Made by a program: the position numbers and the translations under genes. Positions 20,790-29,017 of a DNA stretch of 64,000 nucleotides are shown in pieces. The notes under the pieces are model-generated. The model saw nothing but the letters and a program-made list of their open reading frames with translations, ran no database searches and had not been told where the DNA came from. Source of the stretch: Candidatus Latescibacterota bacterium (GTDB lineage: Bacteria; Latescibacterota; CBDEFO01); contig OZ252149.1 in assembly GCA_965248755.1 (NCBI GenBank), positions 352,001 to 416,000 on the forward strand, in the 5' to 3' direction. Numbering within the stretch: the first letter of the stretch is position 1; every line of letters starts with the position of its first letter.

Positions 20790-21596
20790 TCAATCCAGCT
20801 TCATAGGAAATCCACTGAGTATGCCACCATCTACCGGCATGGCGATCCCCGTTATCCAAGCAGCATCATCCGAGGCAAGGAAGACAGAGGCTCGACCGAT
20901 ATCCCGGGGTGTGCCCAGGCGACGGATTGGCGTGACGCTTTGTATGGCTTCGAGAAGCCCCTCGGCCGCATCACCAAAAAGATCCTGCATAGCCGTTTCG
21001 ATGGCTCCTGGGCAGATCGCGTTGGCGGTAACACCCGCCTCACCGACTTCCACGGCCAGATCGCGCGTCAGATTCACGACGCCTGCCTTGCTAGCTGTAT
21101 AGGCCGGACCTCCCCCGCCACGGAAGGATTCCACCGAGGCGATGTTGATGATGCGGCCGGCCGGCGACTGTTTGAGGTAGGGCAAGGCGTGTTTGGTGGT
21201 TATGAACACACCCTTCAGGTTGATGTCGAGTATCCGATCCCAGTCGGCCACGGGCAGGTCCTGCGTACCACCCAGCACTGAGATACCGGCGGTGTTCACC
21301 AGGATGTCCAATCGACCGAAGTGCGCGGCACCTTCTTCGACAAGACGTCCCACGTCGGCTTCTTTGCTGACGTCTGCTTTGATGAAGAGACCTTCGCTGC
21401 CGAGCTTCTCGACCTCGGCAACCGTGGGGGTGACGGTGTCTCGTTCAAACAGGTTCCCTCGCTTGGGCTCTTCCTGAAGATCGGCGACCACGACCCGGGC
21501 GCCTTCCCGAGCTAACTCCAAGCATATTCCCCGACCGATCCCCGAACTACCTCCAGTGACAAGGGCAACGCGACCCTGCAAGGGCATGGTTTCCAT
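20790..21596 (-). CDS. SDR family NAD(P)-dependent oxidoreductase
   Basis: TGGSSGIG, NTAG, YTASK, VDGG motifs; AGGAGG RBS. Confidence 0.92.
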   Translation of the reverse strand: METMPLQGRVALVTGGSSGIGRGICLELAREGARVVVADLQEEPKRGNLFERDTVTPTVAEVEKLGSEGLFIKADVSKEADVGRLVEEGAAHFGRLDILVNTAGISVLGGTQDLPVADWDRILDINLKGVFITTKHALPYLKQSPAGRIINIASVESFRGGGGPAYTASKAGVVNLTRDLAVEVGEAGVTANAICPGAIETAMQDLFGDAAEGLLEAIQSVTPIRRLGTPRDIGRASVFLASDDAAWITGIAMPVDGGILSGFPMKLD

Positions 21597-22047
21597 AACC
21601 TACCTCCTAGGGAAAGAGAATTGAGCTATCAAGAAATCGACGTAGATAAAAGCCAGATGATTTTGTCCTTAATCTTTAGTTTGCATGGCATAAAGCTTGT
21701 TTATATCCGAACTATTTCTCACATCTTTCCAATTCGGTGTGATATCAAAGCTCAGATATACATCCCTTCTGGCAATCCACAGAGCGTGCCACTCAGTGTA
21801 ATGCAAAACATAGGTTGCAGTATAGTGCTTTGCCCTTTCGGGCAATCTAAATATGTAGCAGGGGGGGGTAGAGCGGCTAAACGGTCGTCGCCGATGTTGG
21901 GGGACCCGTTTCTCCTATTGTAGAATCCCTTCTTTCGACACTGATGGTATGTTACCCCACTGTCATACTTGCAGCTATTTCTGGGCTATTAAATGACGAT
22001 TATGACGCTTTGAGGACAGCTATGGGGCCTGAAAGAGGACTTCTCCT

Positions 22048-22404
22048 TCAGTTGGAGAAGCTTGACTTGATTCGGCCACAGGTGTCAGCTTCAACCGATA
22101 CCCAGATGCTGGAATCAAAGGGGGCCAGGTGATAATCGACGAAGTTGTCGGCATGTGAGTCCAATCTTGTGGCCCCGCTGTTCGTCCAGAAGCCGTTGTA
22201 GCCCCCAACTTCGAGATCGTCATCGTCTATAACGGCAAAGCCTACTCCGATTATCGTGCCTTCTTCATAGATATGTATTACGCTCTCATCAACACTCCTA
22301 AAATCTATATCGTCAAATCCCATGAAATATGTCTCCACATTCAGCGTTCCTGGTCCGCCTGCTTCACCTTGAAAGGCCCAGCGCAGGTCGGCATAAGGAG
22401 GCAA
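22048..22404 (-). pseudogene. C-terminal fragment of a secreted sugar-binding (CBM9-like) protein with WGxIK-type tail
   Basis: Begins abruptly at the agmatinase stop; IIGVGFAVIDDD; ends VSVEADTCGRIKSSF. Confidence 0.45.
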
Positions 22405-23349
22405 TCACGCCCTGCGAGCCTGAGCAGCGGCAGCATGGAGAGCGATCCGAGCCGCGGTTAGAGCAGCGTTGCCATTGGGATCTCTCTCCGGCGCGAACTC
22501 GACCAGGTTGAAGCCACGCAGATTCGCCTTGTCCGCAGCGCGGTGCAGCATATCCACCAGGTCCCAGTAGGCCAGACCCCCTGGGGTCGGCGCAAGCACC
22601 GCGGGCATGACGCTGGAATCCAGGGCATCGCAGTCAAAGGCCACGTACACGGCGGCGTTGGCCGGGAGGAGATCGATCACGGCGTCGATGCCTCCCCGAC
22701 AAACCTGTCGCGCTGTGACGAACTTCACCCCCCAGTCCAGAGCTTCCTGGTATTCGGCTCGTCGCGCGCTGCCTATGGACCGCATCCCCACCTGGATGAT
22801 GCCCTCTATCCACGGCATTTCAGAGGCGCGCCGCATGTTGCTGCTCAGACCGTATCTCTCGCCCTTGACTTCGTCCCGCCAGTCAATGTGCGCGTCGATC
22901 TGTAGAATGGTCAGGGGACCCCGGCCCTCATAGGCCTGTAATACGGGAATAGGAACGGAGTCATCCCCGCCGATGACGACGGGAGTCGCCCCGGCATCCA
23001 GAATCTGCTGGACTGCTGCGGTGATGGCGTCCCGGTTGCCCGCGAAATTCGATTCGCTGACTACCAGGTCTCCGGCGTCCACCACCGTACCGAACTGATC
23101 CTCCAGCAGGGAACCGTCTATCTCGAAGTCGTGATGGCTGAGCTGGGGGCTGTATTTCGATATGGCCGCACGGAGGGCCGCCGGCGTCCCGGCCGCATAC
23201 AGACCCGAGTCAGTGTAGGGTGTGGCGATGGGTGCTCCGATGATGGCCACGTCGGCATTGAGTTGCGATAGGTCTTCGCAGGAGGTTAGGCCGAGAAAGG
23301 TGGCCTCCCCGGGATGCTGCGTAGCTGGGCTCTTCTCTCCTTCGGACAT
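22405..23349 (-). CDS. Agmatinase/ureohydrolase family protein
   Basis: GGDDS, DAHID, DCDALD, TPGG, VEFAP motifs. Confidence 0.9.
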   Translation of the reverse strand: MSEGEKSPATQHPGEATFLGLTSCEDLSQLNADVAIIGAPIATPYTDSGLYAAGTPAALRAAISKYSPQLSHHDFEIDGSLLEDQFGTVVDAGDLVVSESNFAGNRDAITAAVQQILDAGATPVVIGGDDSVPIPVLQAYEGRGPLTILQIDAHIDWRDEVKGERYGLSSNMRRASEMPWIEGIIQVGMRSIGSARRAEYQEALDWGVKFVTARQVCRGGIDAVIDLLPANAAVYVAFDCDALDSSVMPAVLAPTPGGLAYWDLVDMLHRAADKANLRGFNLVEFAPERDPNGNAALTAARIALHAAAAQARRA

Positions 23350-23374
23350 GTTGATCGTCTCCTTGGTGTTGTCT

Positions 23375-23438
23375 GCCTTGCATCTGTATTAACTTGTCGG
23401 AGCTTAAGCGACGGTCAAGTGCAATGCAGTTGTTAAAC
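23375..23438 (-). other. Degenerate attC-like site upstream of agmatinase
   Basis: Minus strand GTTTAAC, CTGCATTGCACTTG pairing with CAAGTTAATACAG (one extra base), R' degenerated to GCAAGGC. Confidence 0.4.
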
Positions 23439-23563
23439 GTCCTCTCCTGTCAATAGCAAGATTGAAACATTAGATTTGGCTTCCTACAAGTTGCCCAATA
23501 TGCACCAGATTTTAGAGCTATTTGACACCAATTTATCATTACTTCAAAGCGAGCCTATAGAGC

Positions 23564-23692
23564 CTACCTCATCAAGACCAGCTTCCTAGTCTGCGCAAAT
23601 TCATCCGCCTCCATCCGATAGATATAGACACCGCTGGCAAGATTCCTTCCATTATTATCTTTTCCATCCCATACGACAGAGTAGGTACCGGA
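23564..23692 (-). pseudogene. T9SS/FlgD-Ig-type C-terminal sorting domain fragment
   Basis: Manual translation SGTYSVVWDGKDNNGRNLASGVYIYRMEADEFAQTRKLVLMR*. Confidence 0.75.
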
Positions 23693-23919
23693 TGATCTGT
23701 GACTATCCACCAATGCCGCAACATTGTGGGGGCCTACGAACCCATCTGGGTTTTCAGTCTTTCTATGATCTCAATCTGACCGGCAATAGTTGGCCCTTCC
23801 GCTTTTGTTCTATCAAGTCTCAGCAAGGTCGCAATAGCTTCGTGCAGTTGTTCACTAATATCGCTTACCATTTCGATGTACCCTTCATTTATAATGTTTA
23901 GATAAAACTCTCCGTTCCT

Positions 23920-24156
23920 TCAGACGTTCTTATGCGATCCATCGCAGAACGGGGCGTCGCCTGTGTGCTTACATCGGCAGAACACAAACCGTTTCTTCTC
24001 CTCTACTGTAAATTCCACCGGAGTAAATCCAGTTCCTTTGTGAGATCCATCACAGAACGGCTGATCTTTCGAGCGTCCGCACCGGCACCAGTAGTACGTG
24101 TCTGGTTCAAGCTCGAGGGTAATAGGTTTTTTAGCTGCGATTACCGGTTCGCTCAT
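23920..24156 (-). CDS. CDGSH iron-sulfur domain protein (two CDGSH motifs)
   Basis: WCRCGRSKDQPFCDGSH and CRCKHTGDAPFCDGSH. Confidence 0.95.
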   Translation of the reverse strand: MSEPVIAAKKPITLELEPDTYYWCRCGRSKDQPFCDGSHKGTGFTPVEFTVEEKKRFVFCRCKHTGDAPFCDGSHKNV

Positions 24157-24437
24157 GTCACTTTTCTCCTTGCTAAGGATTCCACTCGTGGGAAGTCGTT
24201 TAAAAAGAAAGATACAAAAAATTGAACCTGCACAATGTTCAATAAATCTTCACATCATACAAATCCACCTATATAATCAGTCCAACTCCTGCGAAGCAAC
24301 AGTCCCTGAACTGCGCCCCAGGACAAGTTCTTGCTTTACCTTAAAAAGACTCCTCTTCAGACTTGATATTGCCTGCGATATTTAGAACGCATCACAAGGG
24401 CGTGCTGATGCACAAATTTTCAAATGTTAACTATAAC

Positions 24438-25802
24438 TCATTGTTCGATTTCATTGCATATATCAAGCCCATTTAATCTACGCACAACGTCAAAGAGGAC
24501 CTGCATCCCAAAGAGAACGTTGTCGGCAGAGACCTTCTCGTCGTGACCGTGACACAACTGAAAGAACGTAGGCCCTGGTTCGTACTTCATCGGGAGGAAG
24601 CCGTAGACCTTCGTCTTTGTCCCTACAAAAGGCCTCGCATCTGTCCCACCCGTTGCCATATATGGTATCACAAACGCCTCCGGATGATGCTTGGCGATAG
24701 CTTCCTGTACATACCCAAAGAGCGGGGTATCGTGCCCGGCTTCCAGCCCCCGAGCAAACCCCTCAGCACTTATGTCCACGTCGTCGCCTACGATCTTCTT
24801 CATCTCCTCTATAAACCCTTCTGCATCTACATCGGGAAGGGTCCGACCGCTCAATTTGACCTTCACCTCAGACGGAATCACATTCCTCTTTACTCCGCCC
24901 TCTAACATAGTAGGAGCGCAGGTGTTTCTGAGCATAGCATCGAACATCCAGGCAGTAGGCGCGTCTACAGGTAACTTTTCCAAGACCTCTGGCTCCTTCT
25001 GGGGATCGAGCATATCCAGATATAATCTTTTTGACTCTTTGTCATCCTGAGCATTTGCGATCCCCTCGAAGAATTTACGTACAGAATCCGTGACCCTATG
25101 AGGCATTTTCTCTTCAGATATGCGCTCTATTGTCCGAGCTAAACGATAGATAGAATTGTCATCGTGAGGTGTCGAACTGTGTCCCGGCTGTCCCTTTGCA
25201 ATCAGATCCACGTTATATGCGCCCTTTTCAGCGGTCTGACACAGATAGAAGTGCTTCCCTCCCACGAGTATAGCAAATCCTCCGCCTTCGTTTATGCAGT
25301 ACTCCGATTCTATCAGATCGTAGTGATTGTTCACAAGCCAATTTGCACCGTATGCGCCCCCCATCTCTTCATCCGCACAAGCGGCGATTATGATATCCCT
25401 TTTCAGGGGAACTTTATGCCGGGACAGAAGAAGGAGGATCATCATTTCAACGGCAGTCGTCAGCTTGGAGTCTATTGCGCCCCTCCCCCAGATGTAGCCG
25501 TCAACGAGAGTAGCTGAAAAGGGTGGATACGTCCACTTATCCGGTTCTACGGGCACCACGTCCACGTGCGAAAGTAAAAGGAGGGGCGGAAGTTCCCCTG
25601 TTCCCTTCAATCTCCCTACCGTGTTCGCCCTATCCGGAGCAGACTTCAAGACAGAAGTCTGGATTCCATTATCAGACAGCACATCGGCTACAAATTCAAT
25701 AGCCGGAAGTTCATTTCCCGGAGGATTCGTGGTGTCGAATCGGATCAACTGCCGTAAAAGCTCAACCGCCTCGTCTTTGACTGGCTTCCAATCTATATTT
25801 TC
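24438..25802 (-). CDS. M20/M25/M40 family metallo-hydrolase
   Basis: DTTNPPGNE, HVDVVP, GRGAID, ADEE, GHSS, GGTD, HGHDE motifs. Confidence 0.92.
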   Translation of the reverse strand, partial: ENIDWKPVKDEAVELLRQLIRFDTTNPPGNELPAIEFVADVLSDNGIQTSVLKSAPDRANTVGRLKGTGELPPLLLLSHVDVVPVEPDKWTYPPFSATLVDGYIWGRGAIDSKLTTAVEMMILLLLSRHKVPLKRDIIIAACADEEMGGAYGANWLVNNHYDLIESEYCINEGGGFAILVGGKHFYLCQTAEKGAYNVDLIAKGQPGHSSTPHDDNSIYRLARTIERISEEKMPHRVTDSVRKFFEGIANAQDDKESKRLYLDMLDPQKEPEVLEKLPVDAPTAWMFDAMLRNTCAPTMLEGGVKRNVIPSEVKVKLSGRTLPDVDAEGFIEEMKKIVGDDVDISAEGFARGLEAGHDTPLFGYVQEAIAKHHPEAFVIPYMATGGTDARPFVGTKTKVYGFLPMKYEPGPTFFQLCHGHDEKVSADNVLFGMQVLFDVVRRLNGLDICNEIEQ

Positions 25803-25903
25803 CATGCAAGTCTCCACAAATCTGCAGTGGCAGATCCAAGTGCCCGCCGTAAAAGCTTGGACTAATCACGCGAACACATAGGTTCGCCCTTACAGGTATC
25901 CTC

Positions 25904-26224
25904 TTAAGCCTGAGAACCAGCCCTTATCGCATTCCTTATCAAATCCTTGGCCGGAAGCGGCCATCCTCTTCCGTCTTCTATCTTGTAGACTCTGCACGTC
26001 AGCGCATAGTGCTTCGTAGACTCGGCCTCGGGGTCTATGTCCACTCCGTTTACCCTGATAGTCGGAGATACCAAAAACTTCAGATCTACTGCCTGCTGGT
26101 CTGAGTCCACCTCGATGCGCTCTATATCCGCAGTTACTCCCTCCTCTTGGAGGACTTCGTTCAAGAGTTCAAATCCCCGCTCGTGGGAGGGACAGCCCTT
26201 AAAGAAGAGATAATCTATATGCAT
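25904..26224 (-). CDS. Thioredoxin-like small protein (DF-family/alkylmercury-lyase-associated type)
   Basis: YLFFKGCPS, F..SPTIRVNGVD, CRVY motifs. Confidence 0.7.
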   Translation of the reverse strand: MHIDYLFFKGCPSHERGFELLNEVLQEEGVTADIERIEVDSDQQAVDLKFLVSPTIRVNGVDIDPEAESTKHYALTCRVYKIEDGRGWPLPAKDLIRNAIRAGSQA

Positions 26225-26589
26225 ATTCGGCGCCAGTGACTGAGTATCAGTTCCAAATTGTCTGAAGGGTAACTGTAGAGGTCAAAATAGTGGAAAGCAA
26301 CAAGCACACGACGCAGTTAAAGTGAGCATATTTAGCTTCCCCCGGTTTACCCGATAGCTTAAATCGGGAGACGTTGCAATGACGGCTTGGAGGAGAGCCG
26401 CTGCTCCCTGTTTACTGTCTCCTTACTTAAGTGCCACTCGCCCCTTGGATCCGCTCCCACCAGTCCGGATCTACACCCGTCATCATGGCCCGTTCCACCT
26501 TGCTTAATGGACGCCTGTCTTCTATGTTGTATTTGCTCTTATCGCACACTTTCCCGTTCCGTATTGTAGCCACTGCCGAAAGCTTCTTG

Positions 26590-26690
26590 TCCCATGTGGC
26601 CTTCTGGCCGTGAGCTTCCCCTGAATAAATCTCAGTCAACAAATCAGCTGAGATGAGGGATCCTTCAGAACTTACGGTCGTAAAGTTCAT
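26590..26690 (-). pseudogene. N-terminal stub resembling large restriction-modification methyltransferases
   Basis: MNFTTVSSEGSLISADLL resembles the FTTI..EG.LLP.DLL start of Eco57I-like RM fusion proteins; similarity stops after about 30 aa. Confidence 0.3.
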
Positions 26691-26957
26691 GTTCTAATCT
26701 CGGACTTCATGTTCCCGCTATCACCAGAGACGAATCCCATTTTACTATTCTTTATAGTCGAGTTTGTGGCTTCCCAGAGTTAATTCAAGCGGTTTTGTAC
26801 GTGGAGCAGTTACGCAGGCAGATACGAAAGCAGCTGTTGAATATCAACAGAAACCATCTGGGACCTCTTAGTTCGGCCGTCCGGGCGACTCATCTGGTGG
26901 AAGAGCCACTTTGCATTCTCGGCCTCCCAGTGTGTCGGCAGCAAATAAGTCCGCCTC

Positions 26958-27093
26958 ACATAAGAGTCTTCAGACTCTCCTGGCCGACGGCGACGGCGCC
27001 TCAAAGCCAGAAAGATCGTAGAAGGCTCGCAGCGAAAGATCAACTTCCGAATAGCACGAGCTGGAGCCGGTCCAGTACAGCCACGTGTTATCG
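26958..27093 (-). other. Degenerate attC-like site downstream of the pdxA-like gene
   Basis: Minus strand CGATAAC-ACGTGGCTGTACTGGACCGG ... CGGCCAGGAGAGTC ... CTTATGT (R' G mutated). Confidence 0.35.
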
Positions 27094-27105
27094 ATCGCCC
27101 ACCCG

Positions 27106-28143
27106 CTACGGACCACTTATTACTGGTTCCTGATCACTGGTAGGCACAAGGCGGCTCATCTGACAGATCACCCCCGTGGCCTGCTGGAAACTGGTGGGGT
27201 CCGCCTTGCCCTGCCCTGCAATGTCATAGGCGGTGCCGTGCGTCGGCCCGGCGCAGGGGAAAGGCAGACCACTGTAAATCATCACGCCCTTGCCAAAAGC
27301 AGCAGTATGCATCCCAATGTTGCCTTGATCGTGATAGAGAAAGACGATCCCATTGAAGTCTCCCTTCATGGCGCGAACGAAAATGGTATCCGCCGGATGG
27401 GGACCAGAAACACCGATACCCATCTTTTTGGCCGATTCAACGGCTGGTGCAATCTCGCGGATCTCCTCATCGCCAAAGGCACCACCTTCACCCGCATGGG
27501 GATTCAAGGCGGCTACCCCGATTCGAGGCGATGCGACCCCCTGGCGCTTCATGGTATCTGAAAGGTTCTTTATCAGCGGGACGATCCGTTCTTGGGTCAC
27601 CAGATCCGCGACTTCACGTAACGGCACGTGTCCAGTCAAAGACGACCGAAAGATGTTGTTCCATGTCACCACGGTTCTCACTTGCGTGCCCGTGAGGCTA
27701 CCCAAGAATGCCATCTCATCAAGAAATTGGAATCCGGTCATGTGCATGGCCTCCTTGTTGAGAGGGGCGATGACAACGCCATCAACCTTGTTCGCAACAG
27801 CCAGTCCCACAGCCTTTTTCATCTGCGCAACAGCATTGGCTCCGTTAATGGCGTCAGGAACGCCCCAGCAAAAATGCGGATTCTTTTCTACTTCACAGTG
27901 AAGGACCGCAATCTTGTCTGTGGCGACGTGGGTATGGTCGACTGACTTTACTGGCGTAAAAGCCACTTGTTCGTTTAGTGCATCAGCGGCTCGTTCCATT
28001 ATCTGGAGGCTCCCGATTACCAAATAGGAGCCCCATGAAGCCAGGTCTTTGTTCTGCAACGCCCTGATCATCAGTTCTGGCCCGATCCCCGCTGCATCTC
28101 CCATCACCAACGCGATGAGCGGCTTGCTCGAGCACTTCGACAT
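27106..28143 (-). CDS. pdxA: PdxA-family 4-hydroxythreonine/D-threonate-4-phosphate dehydrogenase
   Basis: MGDAAGIGPE, APLNKE, LNPHAGEGG.FG.EE, PADT, YHDQG, HGTAYDIAG. Confidence 0.88.
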   Translation of the reverse strand: MSKCSSKPLIALVMGDAAGIGPELMIRALQNKDLASWGSYLVIGSLQIMERAADALNEQVAFTPVKSVDHTHVATDKIAVLHCEVEKNPHFCWGVPDAINGANAVAQMKKAVGLAVANKVDGVVIAPLNKEAMHMTGFQFLDEMAFLGSLTGTQVRTVVTWNNIFRSSLTGHVPLREVADLVTQERIVPLIKNLSDTMKRQGVASPRIGVAALNPHAGEGGAFGDEEIREIAPAVESAKKMGIGVSGPHPADTIFVRAMKGDFNGIVFLYHDQGNIGMHTAAFGKGVMIYSGLPFPCAGPTHGTAYDIAGQGKADPTSFQQATGVICQMSRLVPTSDQEPVISGP

Positions 28144-28217
28144 ACCGTTCCTCCTTTCTCATCTGGGGCATGATTCCGTTAACTGAGTTGGTGTATCGGA
28201 TCTTCACAAGAACAGCG

Positions 28218-28277
28218 GCATAACTAGCCGGCATCAGCCGCGGACTTCAGGAAATCGGCTGGATGCGGTTGTTCGCC
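28218..28277 (-). other. Integron attC site (60 bp)
   Basis: Minus strand GGCGAAC-aacc-GCATCCAGCCG ... CGGCTGATGC-cggcta-GTTATGC; canonical L''/L' pairing with one extra base. Confidence 0.75.
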
Positions 28278-28784
28278 TTCTGCCTTCAGTAGGGCCAAGA
28301 TTCTATCCCGGTGCACTTGGACGAACGGAAGACCAAGATACGGGAGATACTCAAGCTGTTTGGCGACCGGCAAGGCGAAGAAATCAGATCGGTGCCGGCC
28401 TCGGCAGTTGCGTGACCCGCACAGACAGTCGAGCCAGTCACCGCCGACCTCGCCGATAGCGTAGTCAAAGACGAGTTCTTCTCCTTCAGTGATCCCACGC
28501 ATGGCCAACACGAGCCGCTCTTTATCCACGCTGTAAACGTGGACGTTCGGATCACAGGAATGGTTGATATAACGCTCCGGCTCCTGCATGAGGATGACCG
28601 TGCCGTCCGGAAGGTAGTCACAGGGATCGGGTTCGCTACCGATCAGCTTGCTGAGGACCGGGTCGTCCGCGCTGATGACGACGGAGTCGTCAATGGCAAG
28701 GATGACCTCGCCTTGGGCCATCGGACGCGCGGCGAACAGGCCCCTGCCATTGATCTTGGAGTCTCGCGCTTCGACTTTCTTCAT
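28224..28784 (-). CDS. SET-domain protein carried on an integron gene cassette (cassette about 28224-28800)
   Basis: GRGLFA, YINHSCDPN, EELVFDY, post-SET CLCGSRNCRG; GTTCGGC core 10 bp before ATG; last 18 codons run through attC. Confidence 0.88.
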   Translation of the reverse strand: MKKVEARDSKINGRGLFAARPMAQGEVILAIDDSVVISADDPVLSKLIGSEPDPCDYLPDGTVILMQEPERYINHSCDPNVHVYSVDKERLVLAMRGITEGEELVFDYAIGEVGGDWLDCLCGSRNCRGRHRSDFFALPVAKQLEYLPYLGLPFVQVHRDRILALLKAEGEQPHPADFLKSAADAG

Positions 28785-29017
28785 TGTCTCTTCAGCCGAA
28801 CTAGGGCTTATACAGTTTTCTATGCTAAGAACCTATATACAGCAATATGAGCTATATAAGACCCCACTGAAATATTAAGAAAACACGTGTAATATTATAA
28901 ATATCATTCTGTTGTGGCCTAATTATCATAAGTTTTGTAGGAATTATATACAGACTGTATGCTTTCTTCTGTATAAGCCAATTCATAGCTCGTCGATGGA
29001 GCTACACGTCCAGCGTC

